64,000 nucleotides of DNA from Terriglobia bacterium. GTDB lineage: Bacteria > Acidobacteriota > Terriglobia > JAJPHL01 > JAPKYU01. Of this stretch, positions 39,466 to 49,957 are shown piece by piece (within the stretch, counting starts at the first letter, position 1; the number at the start of each line of letters is the position of its first letter). Where the stretch lies: contig CBDBKE010000001.1 of NCBI GenBank assembly GCA_965206645.1, positions 64,001 through 128,000 of the forward strand, in the 5' to 3' direction. The notes under the pieces are model-generated. The model was not told the origin of the DNA. It was given only the letters and a program-made list of their open reading frames with translations, and did no database searches. Position numbers and translations under genes: made by a program.

Positions 39466-40953
39466 CTAGCGTACGCTCCAAACAGGAGCCGTGTTTTTGC
39501 CATCCCGCGTCAAAGCCCGGATCCGGGTGCCGTCCGCCAACATGGTAAAAATCTGCTTGCCCCCGTTGCGGCTCGACTCAAAAACAATGTGCCGGCCGTC
39601 GGGAGAGAACCATGGGTGCTCGTTACGCCCGGCGCCGTGGGTCAACTGTACCACTTCGCCACTGGCTACATCCATCAGGAAAATATTGTAATTGCCGGGG
39701 GCATAGCCACGGGTCCAGGAAAAGACGAGCGTCTGGCCGTTGGGCGCCCAGGCCGGAGTCACCGCATCGCCTTCGCCGGCGGTCAGCCGCCGTACGTTGG
39801 ACCCGTCGGCGTCCATCAGGTAGATCTGCGGCACCCCGCCCCGGCCGCTGACGAAAGCGATCTGCGTTGCTGTCTTCGGGTTCCACGCCGGGGAAATATC
39901 CACTCCCCGCGAGTAGGTGAGGCGACGGGGGCTCGTTCCGTCGGCATTGGCCACATAGATCTCTGGGTTTCCGCTCAGCGAGGACGACAGGGCCATCTGA
40001 CGGCCGTCGGGGGACCAGGCAGGGGTAGTGTTCAGCCCGCTGCGGGTGTTATGAAAGCTCAGGCGTCGCCGGCTCTCCAGCGACAACACGAAGATTCGGG
40101 GGTAGACTTCCGAATAGCTGGTAAAGGCCAACCGGCTGCCATCGGCCGATACGTTGGGAGTCAGCGCCAACGAACGGTAGTTGGTCACCGGGCGCTGGTT
40201 GGCGCCATCGTAGTCCATGACCCAGATTTCCTTAATGTCCCTTCGGATCCTCCGGCAGAAATAAATCTTGGAGTCGGCGATGCCCGGCAGTCCGCCGCCG
40301 AGGCGCTCCACGATGGCGTTGGCAAACCGATGCGCAATCACCCGGGCAGCCTCCTCGGTGGACTCGTCGGTGTAGCGCCGGGCCAGGACTTCCGGGCGGA
40401 GCGAATTCCGCAGGTCGTACAGATGGCCTTCGATCCTCAGGCGCCCGTTGACAACGGCCCCGTTGCCGAACGCCAGCATCTCGGCGTTGACCGGCGGATT
40501 GGCCCAGGCCGACAGGGCGCCGGCGGCTTCCAGGTCTTCGCGTCGCCCGGGAATTGCCGGCGGGTAGAAGCTCTTGCTGACCAGATCGAAAATGCCGGCG
40601 TGGTCCAGATCATTCCAAAGCACCTCATTAAAGACCCGCATCAGCGGCGCGGCCTTGGTGCCGTGAGCCCGAAAGTCAGCCACCGCCAGCTTCAGCGTCT
40701 CCAGCGTCAGGTCAATGCCGAAGCGGATGACGTCCCGGCGCTGGGAAGCCGCTTGCGGTGCGCCAAGCGCGGCGCGCGGCGTGGCCTCGGCCTGCAGCCA
40801 CACCAGCGACAGAACTACGGCCGCAACCGCAAAGACAATGGCCCATGACCTCCGCATGAGCCGTTGCTTACTGCGTGTCTTTTGTTGGTTACTGCGCATC
40901 TGGTGTTGGTTACTGCGCATCTGGTGTTGCTTGCTGCGCATGTGGCAACTCAC
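39466..40953 (-). CDS. tolB: Tol-Pal beta-propeller protein TolB
   Basis: DYDG.N, repeated PD40 motifs (PAWSPDG); located between tolA and pal; true start uncertain because of the repeat. Confidence 0.92.
   Translation of the reverse strand: MSCHMRSKQHQMRSNQHQMRSNQQKTRSKQRLMRRSWAIVFAVAAVVLSLVWLQAEATPRAALGAPQAASQRRDVIRFGIDLTLETLKLAVADFRAHGTKAAPLMRVFNEVLWNDLDHAGIFDLVSKSFYPPAIPGRREDLEAAGALSAWANPPVNAEMLAFGNGAVVNGRLRIEGHLYDLRNSLRPEVLARRYTDESTEEAARVIAHRFANAIVERLGGGLPGIADSKIYFCRRIRRDIKEIWVMDYDGANQRPVTNYRSLALTPNVSADGSRLAFTSYSEVYPRIFVLSLESRRRLSFHNTRSGLNTTPAWSPDGRQMALSSSLSGNPEIYVANADGTSPRRLTYSRGVDISPAWNPKTATQIAFVSGRGGVPQIYLMDADGSNVRRLTAGEGDAVTPAWAPNGQTLVFSWTRGYAPGNYNIFLMDVASGEVVQLTHGAGRNEHPWFSPDGRHIVFESSRNGGKQIFTMLADGTRIRALTRDGKNTAPVWSVR
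40858..40941 (-). repeat. 21-nt tandem repeat x4 at the tolB 5' end
   Basis: MRSKQHQ / MRSNQHQ / MRSNQQK / TRSKQRL. Confidence 0.85.
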
Positions 40954-40965
40954 TCGGTGCTTATC

Positions 40966-41810
40966 TCACCTCTGAAATTCGAACCACACTTCCACGTGCA
41001 CGCTGGAGCCCGGGTAATCCCGTGGCAGCGCAGGTAAATGAGCGTCGGCGCCCACGTCGCGCCGGCCGCTGCAGGCCTGCACTGCCCGGAGCGCTTCGCG
41101 GTCAATCGACGGAATGCTGCTGGATGTGGTGATGCGTTCGCTCCTCATGGTCCCATCCCGCAAGACATCAAATTCGACATATACGCGCGGCGCCGAGCGG
41201 ATGGCGGAATCAACCCGGCTGCGGTCCCAATGGCGCGCGATGCAACCCCGCACCGTATGCACGTACCAGCCGTAGAGGAGGCCGAACTGCCCGCTGAAGC
41301 CGATACCCCCGGCGCCCTGCTCGGTTGCCATCCCGTAGATGGGCGACGAAGCGCGACCGCTGGTAACGCCGGGAATCGCCCCTTCCGGAAGCTCGCCCCG
41401 CAATTGCGCCAGCTCCTTGCTCGCCTGACGGCGCTCCAGCTCGGCTAGTTTCTTCTTCCAGTCTTCCTCAGTCAACTGGAACTCCCGCGCCGGGGACGCT
41501 GGTGGCGCTTTTTTCGGCTGCTTGGGCTGGGCCGGGTGAAGCTCCCGGGTATCGGCGGCCACCGGGTTTCGTGGCGCGGCGCGGCGCGGCAGCGGAACGC
41601 TCGGCGCCAGGTTCACCGGGACCGACCTCCCGCCACCGAAGCCCTCTTCGCCCCACAGCTGGCCGTGGCGCGGCGGGACCAGAGCCCCACCGAAAAGTGC
41701 TACGGCGAAAATCATGCTGTGAAAGACCACCGAGGCAGTCAGCGGCGACTTCAGGTCTTCCGGCTCGCTCGTGGCGGGCACATGCTTGCCAGCGAATCGG
41801 ACTTGTACCC

Positions 41811-41814
<4 letters not shown>
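40966..41814 (-). CDS. tolA: TolA/TonB family energy transducer
   Basis: S...H TM motif, Pro/Lys-rich linker, TonB_C-like domain (V.FDVLRDG, SSSIPSIDREALRAV). Confidence 0.8.
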
Positions 41815-42245
<431 letters not shown>

Positions 42246-42266
42246 CGTGTACCCTTGCCTCGCCTG

Positions 42267-42971
42267 CTAGCCGGCCTGGTCGCGTTCCACCACGTTCAGG
42301 AATTCCAGGGCAAAGCTGTCCATGCCCGACCCGAAATCGCGCAGCACGTGAAGGAAGTGGTTGTAGGCCACCACCGCCGGGATGGCCACGAACAGCCCGG
42401 CGGCGGTAGCGACCAGGGCCTCGGAGATCCCTGGAGCCACTGCGCGCAGACTGGCCGAGTCGGCCGTTCCCAGCCCGTGAAAGGAGTCCATGACGCCCCA
42501 GACGGTCCCGAACAGGCCGATGAACGGCGCGACCACACCCGTGCTTGCCAGCCAGCTCAGCATGCGCTCCATGCCGGTCAACTGGTCGCTGGCGGCAATC
42601 TGCAACGCCCGCTGGACTCGCGCGATGCCACCCGGCGGCAGCCTGCCCGAATGCGGATTGGCCGGGGTCGCCTGCTGGCGGATGGTTCCGTAGCCATATT
42701 CAAACATTTCCACTAGCGGGCTCGGATGGAACTGGTCGCTGATGGCATGCAGCTCCGAGAAGGTCTGGCTCCGTCGAAAGGCGCGCAGGAACCGCTCACT
42801 CTGCGCGCGTGCCCGCCGGAAGCGGCGCCACTTGGCGAAAGTCACCGTCCAGGAAAAGACAGAAAACAGCAGCAGCAGCAGCAGAACACCCTTGACGACC
42901 CAGCCGGTCTGTCCGATCAAACCGACCACTTCGGTGCCGCCGATTAGAGCCAGAAGCGGAACAACAGTCAA
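42267..42971 (-). CDS. tolQ: TolQ/ExbB proton channel
   Basis: APFIGLFGTVWG.M, VAPGISEAL.ATA.GL.VAIPAV; likely start TTG at 42971 with GGGGAG RBS. Confidence 0.9.
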   Translation of the reverse strand: MTVVPLLALIGGTEVVGLIGQTGWVVKGVLLLLLLFSVFSWTVTFAKWRRFRRARAQSERFLRAFRRSQTFSELHAISDQFHPSPLVEMFEYGYGTIRQQATPANPHSGRLPPGGIARVQRALQIAASDQLTGMERMLSWLASTGVVAPFIGLFGTVWGVMDSFHGLGTADSASLRAVAPGISEALVATAAGLFVAIPAVVAYNHFLHVLRDFGSGMDSFALEFLNVVERDQAG

Positions 42972-43107
42972 GTTTACTCCCCAGTTTACTCCAAAGCCGC
43001 GGCGATGCTGGCTCGGTCCCGTCCACCGCTCAAATCCGCCGCAGATCCCCTTCCGCTGCGGCCTTCCCCTCATTTAACTTAGCACAAAACCAGCGGCCAC
43101 ATTCAAA

Positions 43108-43318
43108 GCTGGTGTCAGGGCTGGTATCAGACCGGTATCGCATAAGTGGCATTCCTGGCTCGACGCCGGTCTGGCTCAACTCCGGCCTCGCTCAACGAAG
43201 GTCGAAGTCGAAGCAGTCCTGGATTTGGCGCTCAGGACTTAGCAGTCTCGGGACTCTGCTATCATTTGACACCTGAACCTGTGACACCTGAACCGGGCAC
43301 CTGAAACCTGGCATCTGG
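43108..43318. repeat. Cluster of degenerate short tandem repeats in the tolQ-recN divergent spacer
   Basis: gctggtgtcagg/gctggtatcag; ctggctcgacgccggt/ctggctcaactccggc/ctcgctcaac (43155-43196); tgacacctgaacc x2 plus cacctgaaacctgg (43267-43318). Confidence 0.65.
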
Positions 43319-43326
43319 CGGCTGCC

Positions 43327-45045
43327 ATGCTCCAGCAACTCCACATTGAGAACTACGCGCTGATCGACCGCCTGTCGCTGGAATTCGGCCCCGGACTGAA
43401 CCTGCTAACCGGGGAGACCGGCAGCGGCAAGTCGATCATGGTGGATGCCCTGGGCCTGTTGCTGGGCGGCAGAGCATCGCCGGAAACCATCCGCTCCGGC
43501 ACTGAGCGGGCCGGGCTGTGCGGACTGTTTGAAGTCGTGGTGTCGCGGGACCTGAAACGCGCCGCCGACGAAGTCGGCGTCGAGCTGGCGGCAGGCGGTG
43601 AGCTTCTGCTGAAGCGCGAGCTGCACGTGTCAGGCCGCACCCGCGTCTTCATCAATGACCGCCCGGCCACGGTGGCGGCCCTGCGTGCCCTGGCCCCGTG
43701 GCTGGCCGACATCCACGGACAGCACCAGCAGCAGGCTCTGCTGGTGCCTGCCTCCCAACTGGAGCTGCTGGACCGCTCGGCCAGCGCCGAGGAACTGGCC
43801 GAGCAGGTGGCCGATGCTTACCGGGGATGGAGGCAGACAACGGCGCGGTTGGCCGAGCTGACCCGTGACGAGCAGGAGAAGCTGCGTCTGGCTGACCTGT
43901 GGTCCTTCCAGAAGCAGGAGATTGAAGCGGCGCGCCCGCTGCACGACGAGGACCAACGGCTGGGGGAGGAGAAGCGCGTGCTGGCCAACAGCACGCGCAT
44001 CCACGGCGCCGTCGAGAGCGCCTACCAGCAGCTCTACGACGCCCCCGGCGCCGCCGCCGCAGCCATGGCCGCGGCGCTGCGGGCGCTGGAAGATGTGGCC
44101 CGCTTCGACCGCACCTTTGAGCCAATCTGCGATGGCCTGCGCAGCGCCCGCATCAGCGTCGAGGATGCTTCCCTGTCTCTCCGCGATTATCTGGAGCAAC
44201 TGGACGCCAACCCGCAGCGCCTGGAACAGGTGGAGGACCGACTGTCAGTTTTGGACCGGCTGAAGCGCAAGTACGGCCCCACGCTGGCAGACGTGCTGGC
44301 CCACATGGAACAAGTGGGGCGGGAACTGGAGGAGTTGGAGTCCTCGGATGAACTGGCACGCCAGGCGCAGCAGGAACTCGAAGCCGCCGCCGAACGCTAC
44401 CGCCAACTGGCCGGAAGACTTTCTGCACAGCGCAAAAGCGCCGCCGCTCGGCTGGAGAAGGCCGTGGCCCGGATTCTCGCCGAGTTGGCCATGGAGCGCA
44501 CCGCCTTCCGAATCGAGTTTTCCGCGCCGGCCGAGGAATCCTGGAAAGCGTCCGGCATGGACCGCGTGGAGTTTCTCATCTCGCCCAATCCGGGCGAACC
44601 GCTGCGTCCCGTGGATCAGGTGGCTTCGGGCGGAGAGCTGTCCCGGCTGATGCTGGCGCTCATCACCGGCGCCGAAACCCGTCGAGACAGGCCTGCTGGG
44701 ACGTCCAAGGAGAGGGCGTCCCAGACGAACTCAGCCCGTAGCCTGGTGTTCGACGAAATTGACGCCGGCATCGGCGGGCGCGTCGCCGAAGTTGTGGGCC
44801 GCAAGCTGAAGGCGCTGGCGGCGGGCCATCAGGTGCTCTGTGTGACCCACCTGCCGCAGATCGCTTCCTTCGCCGACCATCATTATTTCGTCGAGAAGGT
44901 GGAGCGGGACGGCCGCGCCATCACCCTGGCCCGCCATCTGGAGGAGGGCGAGCGCGCCCCGGAGCTGGCGCGCATGCTCAGCGGCGCCCGCATCACAGAC
45001 ACCGTCCTTAAGCACGCCCGCGACCTGCTCCGCTCCGCCCGCTAG
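43327..45045 (+). CDS. recN: DNA repair protein RecN
   Basis: TGETGSGKS, IHGQH, LKRKYG, ASGGELSR, FDEIDAGIGG, THLPQIA. Confidence 0.96.
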   Translation: MLQQLHIENYALIDRLSLEFGPGLNLLTGETGSGKSIMVDALGLLLGGRASPETIRSGTERAGLCGLFEVVVSRDLKRAADEVGVELAAGGELLLKRELHVSGRTRVFINDRPATVAALRALAPWLADIHGQHQQQALLVPASQLELLDRSASAEELAEQVADAYRGWRQTTARLAELTRDEQEKLRLADLWSFQKQEIEAARPLHDEDQRLGEEKRVLANSTRIHGAVESAYQQLYDAPGAAAAAMAAALRALEDVARFDRTFEPICDGLRSARISVEDASLSLRDYLEQLDANPQRLEQVEDRLSVLDRLKRKYGPTLADVLAHMEQVGRELEELESSDELARQAQQELEAAAERYRQLAGRLSAQRKSAAARLEKAVARILAELAMERTAFRIEFSAPAEESWKASGMDRVEFLISPNPGEPLRPVDQVASGGELSRLMLALITGAETRRDRPAGTSKERASQTNSARSLVFDEIDAGIGGRVAEVVGRKLKALAAGHQVLCVTHLPQIASFADHHYFVEKVERDGRAITLARHLEEGERAPELARMLSGARITDTVLKHARDLLRSAR

Positions 45046-45105
45046 GGATGGCTCCCGCTTGTGCCTCTCGGAAAGTTGTGGGAGCCCACGGAAGGACTTG
45101 GCCAT

Positions 45106-47955
45106 TTAGCGGACAGCTAACGTGACGGTGTTGCTACTGCTTCCGCCGATCTTAATTTCCAGGAGCACCTCATCACCGGCTGGCGCTCCCGTCGGTACGC
45201 GGGCGTTGACCTGGTAGAGCCCCACGAAGCCCGGCGCCATGCCTGAGGAAAGCACCTCCGCGGAGGCGCCACCAATCGCCACAACGGGCACCATTGCCGT
45301 TAGGTTGAATGGCGGCGAGCTGGCTCCGGGCTGGCCCGTAGCCAGTGGCGCATCCGTTGGGCCTAGGCCAGTAGCAAAAATCTGAACCACCGAGCCTACT
45401 GCCGCCGGGTTCTCCGCTGAGTTAGGCGAAAAGTCTTCATTCAAGACGGCACCCGGCCCCCTCCCGCCTGCTACAGCGGTGAAGATGCCCGGAGCCGCAG
45501 GCGCAACTCTTACCATCACTGGCACCATTGCTTCCGGGCCACGAACTCCACCGGAGGCCACAACTATTCGGACGGTAGTGCCAGTTACCTCGAACGGCAT
45601 TTGGAAGTTGATTTGTGACGGCGAAACAAAGAACAACGGCGCGGGCGTGTCATTAACCAGAACCTCGGTGCCGGCCAGCATGGTGGGCAGTGGCAGCCAA
45701 GTGGCTGCCACTGTGGCCGCTGCAAGGTTCATCCCGAACAGCGAGGCAATGGAACCAGGGCTGACAACCGCCTCCGGCGAGAAACTGGCACCGTTGACAA
45801 TCCCGCCTTCGCCAATCACGGGTGGGGCTTCGGCAAGCGTGCGGCGAGGAGGGATCTTAAGGTCGAGGGCCCGGAGGGAGGGCAGGCCGGCGATAACGCC
45901 GAGACCGGCAGGCGGGCGTGGGTTGGGTGTGGGTGAGAGCAGAACAACTGGGGCGACGCGCAGCGGCGAGGCGGCGCGGCGAAATACGATCAGGCTGTGG
46001 TTCACCGTCAGGTCCCGGTCCACCAACTCGAAGAACAGCACGCGGTATAGGCCAGCGGGCAACTGATTTCGTCTCCCGATTAAGTAGTCGCCCAGTTCAT
46101 TCCAACGCCGCCGGGGACCGCTTTCGGGCCAGGGACCGCTTTCGGGATGGAAGGCGGCTAGTTCATAAAGCCTGTCCAGCGCGCGCTCCAGCGATTCCGA
46201 GTAAACCTCGCGCTCGGGCGACCGCAGCCAGTCCTCGGCCATCACCGTTGCTGGCTGAACCAGCAGGGCAGTTGAAAAAGCCTCGATGGCGCCCGTCCGA
46301 TCGCCGGTGCGCAGCCGCGCCCGGCCCAGGTGAAAGTGCGCCAGGGTGAAGTAGTAATCCAACTCCGTGGCGCGCTCCAGCCACGGCAACGCATCGCTGT
46401 ACCGGCCCGCTTGCATCAAGCTGCTGCCCGCCTGGGCGGCCACAGGGATGAGGTTTGGCATCCGCTTTGCCGCTTCCAGGTAGAACCGCCGGGCAGCATT
46501 GTTTACGTCAGTATTGTTTGCGTCAGTTTGGTTTGCCTCAGTTTGCTGTTCGGCGAGCCCGCCGGCGCGAAAGGCGTAGAAGCCGCACCTGGCGTCCCAT
46601 TGCGCTGCTTGCGCCGGATCACCGCGCTGGTAGAAGTAATGGGCCACCAAAGAACGACCCAACAGCGCCGCTCCCGTTAACGAGAGCAGGAACAACCCGC
46701 CCATCGCCAACCAGCGGAGCAGGGAGGAGGGTTCGGCTTTCGGAGAGGCCGGGGGGCTTGTAGCTACGGAAAAGCCAGCCACAATTGCTAGCGGAAACAA
46801 GATGGCGGGCAGGTCTAGCTGATAGTCGCCCAGGGAAAAGATGAGGTAAGCACACAGAGCCGTGGCCGCCGGGCCTGTCGACAGCCTCAGAGTGGTCAGT
46901 ACGAGCAACAGCGCAGCGGCTAGTCCCAGCACGCCAGTTTCAGCCAGCAGGTTGGCGGGCAGGCTGTGCAACTGCGGCAAGACTTCCCCGGGCGGACTGA
47001 GCCCAGGCGTCTGCTCGCGGTGCAAGGAAGCGGCAAACGGCGTGGCTCCGAGCCCCCAGCCGACCAGCGGACGTGCGGCAGCCACCGAGAGCCCGGCCCG
47101 CAGGTAGCGCAGTCGGTGTTCCAGCGACAGATCGCTGCGCTCGGCCACGATGGCGGCCACGCGGCCTCGCAGGCCCGCAACCACGGGGCTGCGAGACCAA
47201 AGGAACACGACTGCCGCCAGTGCGGCCAGTGCCAGTAGCGCCACGATCTGCCATTTCGAACTTCGGATTGTGGATTGTGGACCGAGTGATTTTCTGAAAC
47301 CCACCCGGCTGAAGCCCAAACGGCTGACTAGAGCGACAAGACCCAACCCGGTCAACACCAGCACGCCCGCCAGCGAGCCTGTCAGCACAATCGCCAACGC
47401 CTGCGCTGCCGTTGCCGCATACCAGAACAGGCGTGCAGGGTTCGAGCGCGCGGCCGCGGCGGCACGGGCCGTCAGAGGCAGGTGCAGCAGCAGGAAGCCT
47501 GCCATGTAATTGTGATGCCCCAGCGGTGCAACCACCCGGGGAGTCCGGCCCAAGAAGTACAGTGACAGACCTACCACAGCTGCCGCCGTACCTGTCGCGG
47601 GTAGCACCAATTGCAGGGTGGCTGCTGGTTGGAGCCGCCCGGATGAGACCAGTCCCACCACCAGGTAGAAAACCGCCGCCGCCGCTGCTGCCAGCAACAG
47701 CATCCGCCAGCTTCGCCCGGTACAGGGAGACTGAAGAGCGCCGGCGACCATGACCACTAACAGCAACGCCAGCAGCGGCTCGAAGAAGCCACCCAGCAGC
47801 GGCCAGCGCTCTTGCCGTTTCGCTGCCAGGAAAGCGGCGCCCAGCGCCAGCACCACCAGCGCGTGCATTCCTGCTTCGCGCAGCCAGGACGCGCTGCCCG
47901 ACACGGTGCCGAGCAATAGTGCTACGAGCGGATAGCAGAAAAGAAACGCCTTCAC
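45106..47955 (-). CDS. O-antigen ligase-like membrane protein fused to TPR and a C-terminal TIGR03437-like domain
   Basis: Multi-TM with HHNYMAG, TGS..G, R...L.......RPLVGWG, HSLP.NLLAETG; TPRs; GGIVNGASF..PGSI.SLFG..FVSP.QINFQ..PGIFT..ATGLG..GLYQVN. Confidence 0.8.
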   Translation of the reverse strand: MKAFLFCYPLVALLLGTVSGSASWLREAGMHALVVLALGAAFLAAKRQERWPLLGGFFEPLLALLLVVMVAGALQSPCTGRSWRMLLLAAAAAAVFYLVVGLVSSGRLQPAATLQLVLPATGTAAAVVGLSLYFLGRTPRVVAPLGHHNYMAGFLLLHLPLTARAAAAARSNPARLFWYAATAAQALAIVLTGSLAGVLVLTGLGLVALVSRLGFSRVGFRKSLGPQSTIRSSKWQIVALLALAALAAVVFLWSRSPVVAGLRGRVAAIVAERSDLSLEHRLRYLRAGLSVAAARPLVGWGLGATPFAASLHREQTPGLSPPGEVLPQLHSLPANLLAETGVLGLAAALLLVLTTLRLSTGPAATALCAYLIFSLGDYQLDLPAILFPLAIVAGFSVATSPPASPKAEPSSLLRWLAMGGLFLLSLTGAALLGRSLVAHYFYQRGDPAQAAQWDARCGFYAFRAGGLAEQQTEANQTDANNTDVNNAARRFYLEAAKRMPNLIPVAAQAGSSLMQAGRYSDALPWLERATELDYYFTLAHFHLGRARLRTGDRTGAIEAFSTALLVQPATVMAEDWLRSPEREVYSESLERALDRLYELAAFHPESGPWPESGPRRRWNELGDYLIGRRNQLPAGLYRVLFFELVDRDLTVNHSLIVFRRAASPLRVAPVVLLSPTPNPRPPAGLGVIAGLPSLRALDLKIPPRRTLAEAPPVIGEGGIVNGASFSPEAVVSPGSIASLFGMNLAAATVAATWLPLPTMLAGTEVLVNDTPAPLFFVSPSQINFQMPFEVTGTTVRIVVASGGVRGPEAMVPVMVRVAPAAPGIFTAVAGGRGPGAVLNEDFSPNSAENPAAVGSVVQIFATGLGPTDAPLATGQPGASSPPFNLTAMVPVVAIGGASAEVLSSGMAPGFVGLYQVNARVPTGAPAGDEVLLEIKIGGSSSNTVTLAVR

Positions 47956-48917
47956 TGGGAGCGGGTAGGACGGGGGGCTTCGACGGAATTGCGGCGCGAG
48001 GCCAGGCGGATGGCCGCCTCAATAGCGCTTACCATGTTTTCCGGACGGGCGCGGTTTTGCCCGGCGATGTCGAAGGCGGTACCGTGGTCCACCGAGGTGC
48101 GCAGAATCGGCAAGCCGACGGTGATGTTGACGGTCTTGTCAAACTCCACCAGCTTCATCGGGATGTGTCCCTGATCGTGGTACATGGCCACCACCAGGTC
48201 AAACTCGCCCTGCCAGGCCCGCAGGAAAACCGTATCCGGAGGCAGCGGGCCGCAGGCTGGGAGGCCTTGGGCGCGGGCCTGCTCAACGGCCGGCGCGATC
48301 TGCTGGCGGTCTTCTTCCCCGAACATCCCCTCCTCGCCCGCGTGGGGATTCAGCCCGGCGACGGCGATGCGCGGCTGCTCGAAGCCCAGCAGCCGCATGG
48401 CTTCGTCACCGAGTTGGATGGTGCGCCAGACGCGAGCCGTGGTCGCCTGGTGGCAGGCTTCGCCGAGTGCCAGGTGAGTGGTGACGTGGATCGTGCGCAG
48501 CCGTTCCCCGGCCAGCAGCATGCGCACTTCCGGATGGCCGCAGAGCGCGGCGATGAACTCAGTGTGCCCGGGAAATCCTATCCCCGCCAATTGGGCCGCG
48601 CGCTTATGAATGGGGCCGGTGACCAGTGCGTCTAATTCCCCCGCGAGACACAGCCGCACCCCGGTGCGAACCGCCTCCAGTGCTGCGTGACCATATTCGG
48701 CGCTGACCTGCCCGGGACGAACCTGTGACCACTCCAGGTCGCCGGCGGGAACGGCATGCGGGCTACTCAGCCCCCACTGCGCGAGCACCGAAGGCGGCCC
48801 GATGGGGAAAAGCTCCGCCTGCTCGCGCAGGGACTTGCGGGCCAGGGCTTTGGCAGTCACTTCGGGCCCGATTCCCGCAGGGTCGCCCAAGCTGATGCCA
48901 ATCCGGGGAAGCCTCAT
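47952..48917 (-). CDS. pdxA: PdxA family 4-phospho-acid-sugar dehydrogenase (PdxA2-like by context)
   Basis: GDPAGIGPE, GHTE, LNPHAGE, AMYHDQGH, RTSVDHGTAFDIAG. Confidence 0.92.
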   Translation of the reverse strand: MRLPRIGISLGDPAGIGPEVTAKALARKSLREQAELFPIGPPSVLAQWGLSSPHAVPAGDLEWSQVRPGQVSAEYGHAALEAVRTGVRLCLAGELDALVTGPIHKRAAQLAGIGFPGHTEFIAALCGHPEVRMLLAGERLRTIHVTTHLALGEACHQATTARVWRTIQLGDEAMRLLGFEQPRIAVAGLNPHAGEEGMFGEEDRQQIAPAVEQARAQGLPACGPLPPDTVFLRAWQGEFDLVVAMYHDQGHIPMKLVEFDKTVNITVGLPILRTSVDHGTAFDIAGQNRARPENMVSAIEAAIRLASRRNSVEAPRPTRSQ

Positions 48918-49957
48918 GATCGCGAATGGCCGATGAGCTCAGCCGCTCGCCCGCTCGGGTTTGACATGGCAAGGGCGATGGCCTGGATCAGAGCGTCGGG
49001 CCGGCCGAAGCCGCCGGCTTTGCTAAGAAAGGGAACGTCGTGGGCCCGCCCGCCAAGCATCCGGCCCGTAGCTACGCCAGGGAGTACTTCGCCGAACACC
49101 TCCAACGCTTCTACCTGGAGGGCGCCGATTGCGCCCTCGGCTGTATCGCCGCCAACGAGGAACAGTCCGGTGTCTCGCTCCAAGGCTTTCGGCACCTGGC
49201 TCACCACCTCCACCGCAACTCCAACGGCGTCCCGGACCCCCACTTGCGCCGCCTCCACCTGGGCCAGGGTGGCCGGGTGGGTGCTACCGGCCACGATCAA
49301 CCAGCGCGCGGCCTTGATGAATCTGCGTGAGGTGGACCTAGGTGAGGGCAGTTCGCGGGTTTGCTCACCCGCCGGGGGCGGGCCGAACGCAAAGCGGGCC
49401 AAACCAGCCGAGCCCACCCACAGCACCGTGGCCCGACGTCGGGCGATCGACTCGACGAACGCCGCCAGGTCCTCGTCGCTCTCCGCGTTTGCGACCAATG
49501 CGTCGGCAATACCGGCGTCGGCCAGGGCAGGGGCCAGCTCGCCCGCTGGCTTCCCATCGGCGTACACCATACCGCTGCGCACAATGCGCCCGCAGGCGGG
49601 GAATGCAGGTGCAACCGCTACTACTTGCGCCCCAATGACCTGCCGCAGCGATGCCACTTCTGCAGCCCACGGCCCTCGCAGGGTGGAATCAATCTTCTTG
49701 AAGCTGGGCAAAGCACCGCCGGCCAACAAAGCTCGCGCCACTTCCGCCACGGTCTTCGCCGCCGGCTCGGGCGGCTGATTTCTCGTGGCCGTGGAGACCA
49801 CCAAAAGGGTGTGGGTTGTCCCGGCCTCGATGGCATTCGGGCGAGCGCTTGCCCGCCCTCCAGCCGGCAAAACTAAGGGGCGCCAGCCGGCCAGGGCTGC
49901 GCGGGCGGCGGAATCGCAGGCCCCGGTCAGGTCGTCGGCAATAATGGCCGGACGCAT
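48914..49957 (-). CDS. Four-carbon acid sugar kinase family (DUF1537)
   Basis: IADDLTGA.D, KKIDSTLRG, APAFP..GR, GSAGLA, GGDTA, KAGGFG. Confidence 0.9.
   Translation of the reverse strand: MRPAIIADDLTGACDSAARAALAGWRPLVLPAGGRASARPNAIEAGTTHTLLVVSTATRNQPPEPAAKTVAEVARALLAGGALPSFKKIDSTLRGPWAAEVASLRQVIGAQVVAVAPAFPACGRIVRSGMVYADGKPAGELAPALADAGIADALVANAESDEDLAAFVESIARRRATVLWVGSAGLARFAFGPPPAGEQTRELPSPRSTSRRFIKAARWLIVAGSTHPATLAQVEAAQVGVRDAVGVAVEVVSQVPKALERDTGLFLVGGDTAEGAIGALQVEALEVFGEVLPGVATGRMLGGRAHDVPFLSKAGGFGRPDALIQAIALAMSNPSGRAAELIGHSRS

Noticed and set aside
43108-43318. Repeat cluster as a possible CRISPR array
   Set aside because: Units are 7-16 nt, adjacent and heterogeneous, with no unique spacers and no cas genes
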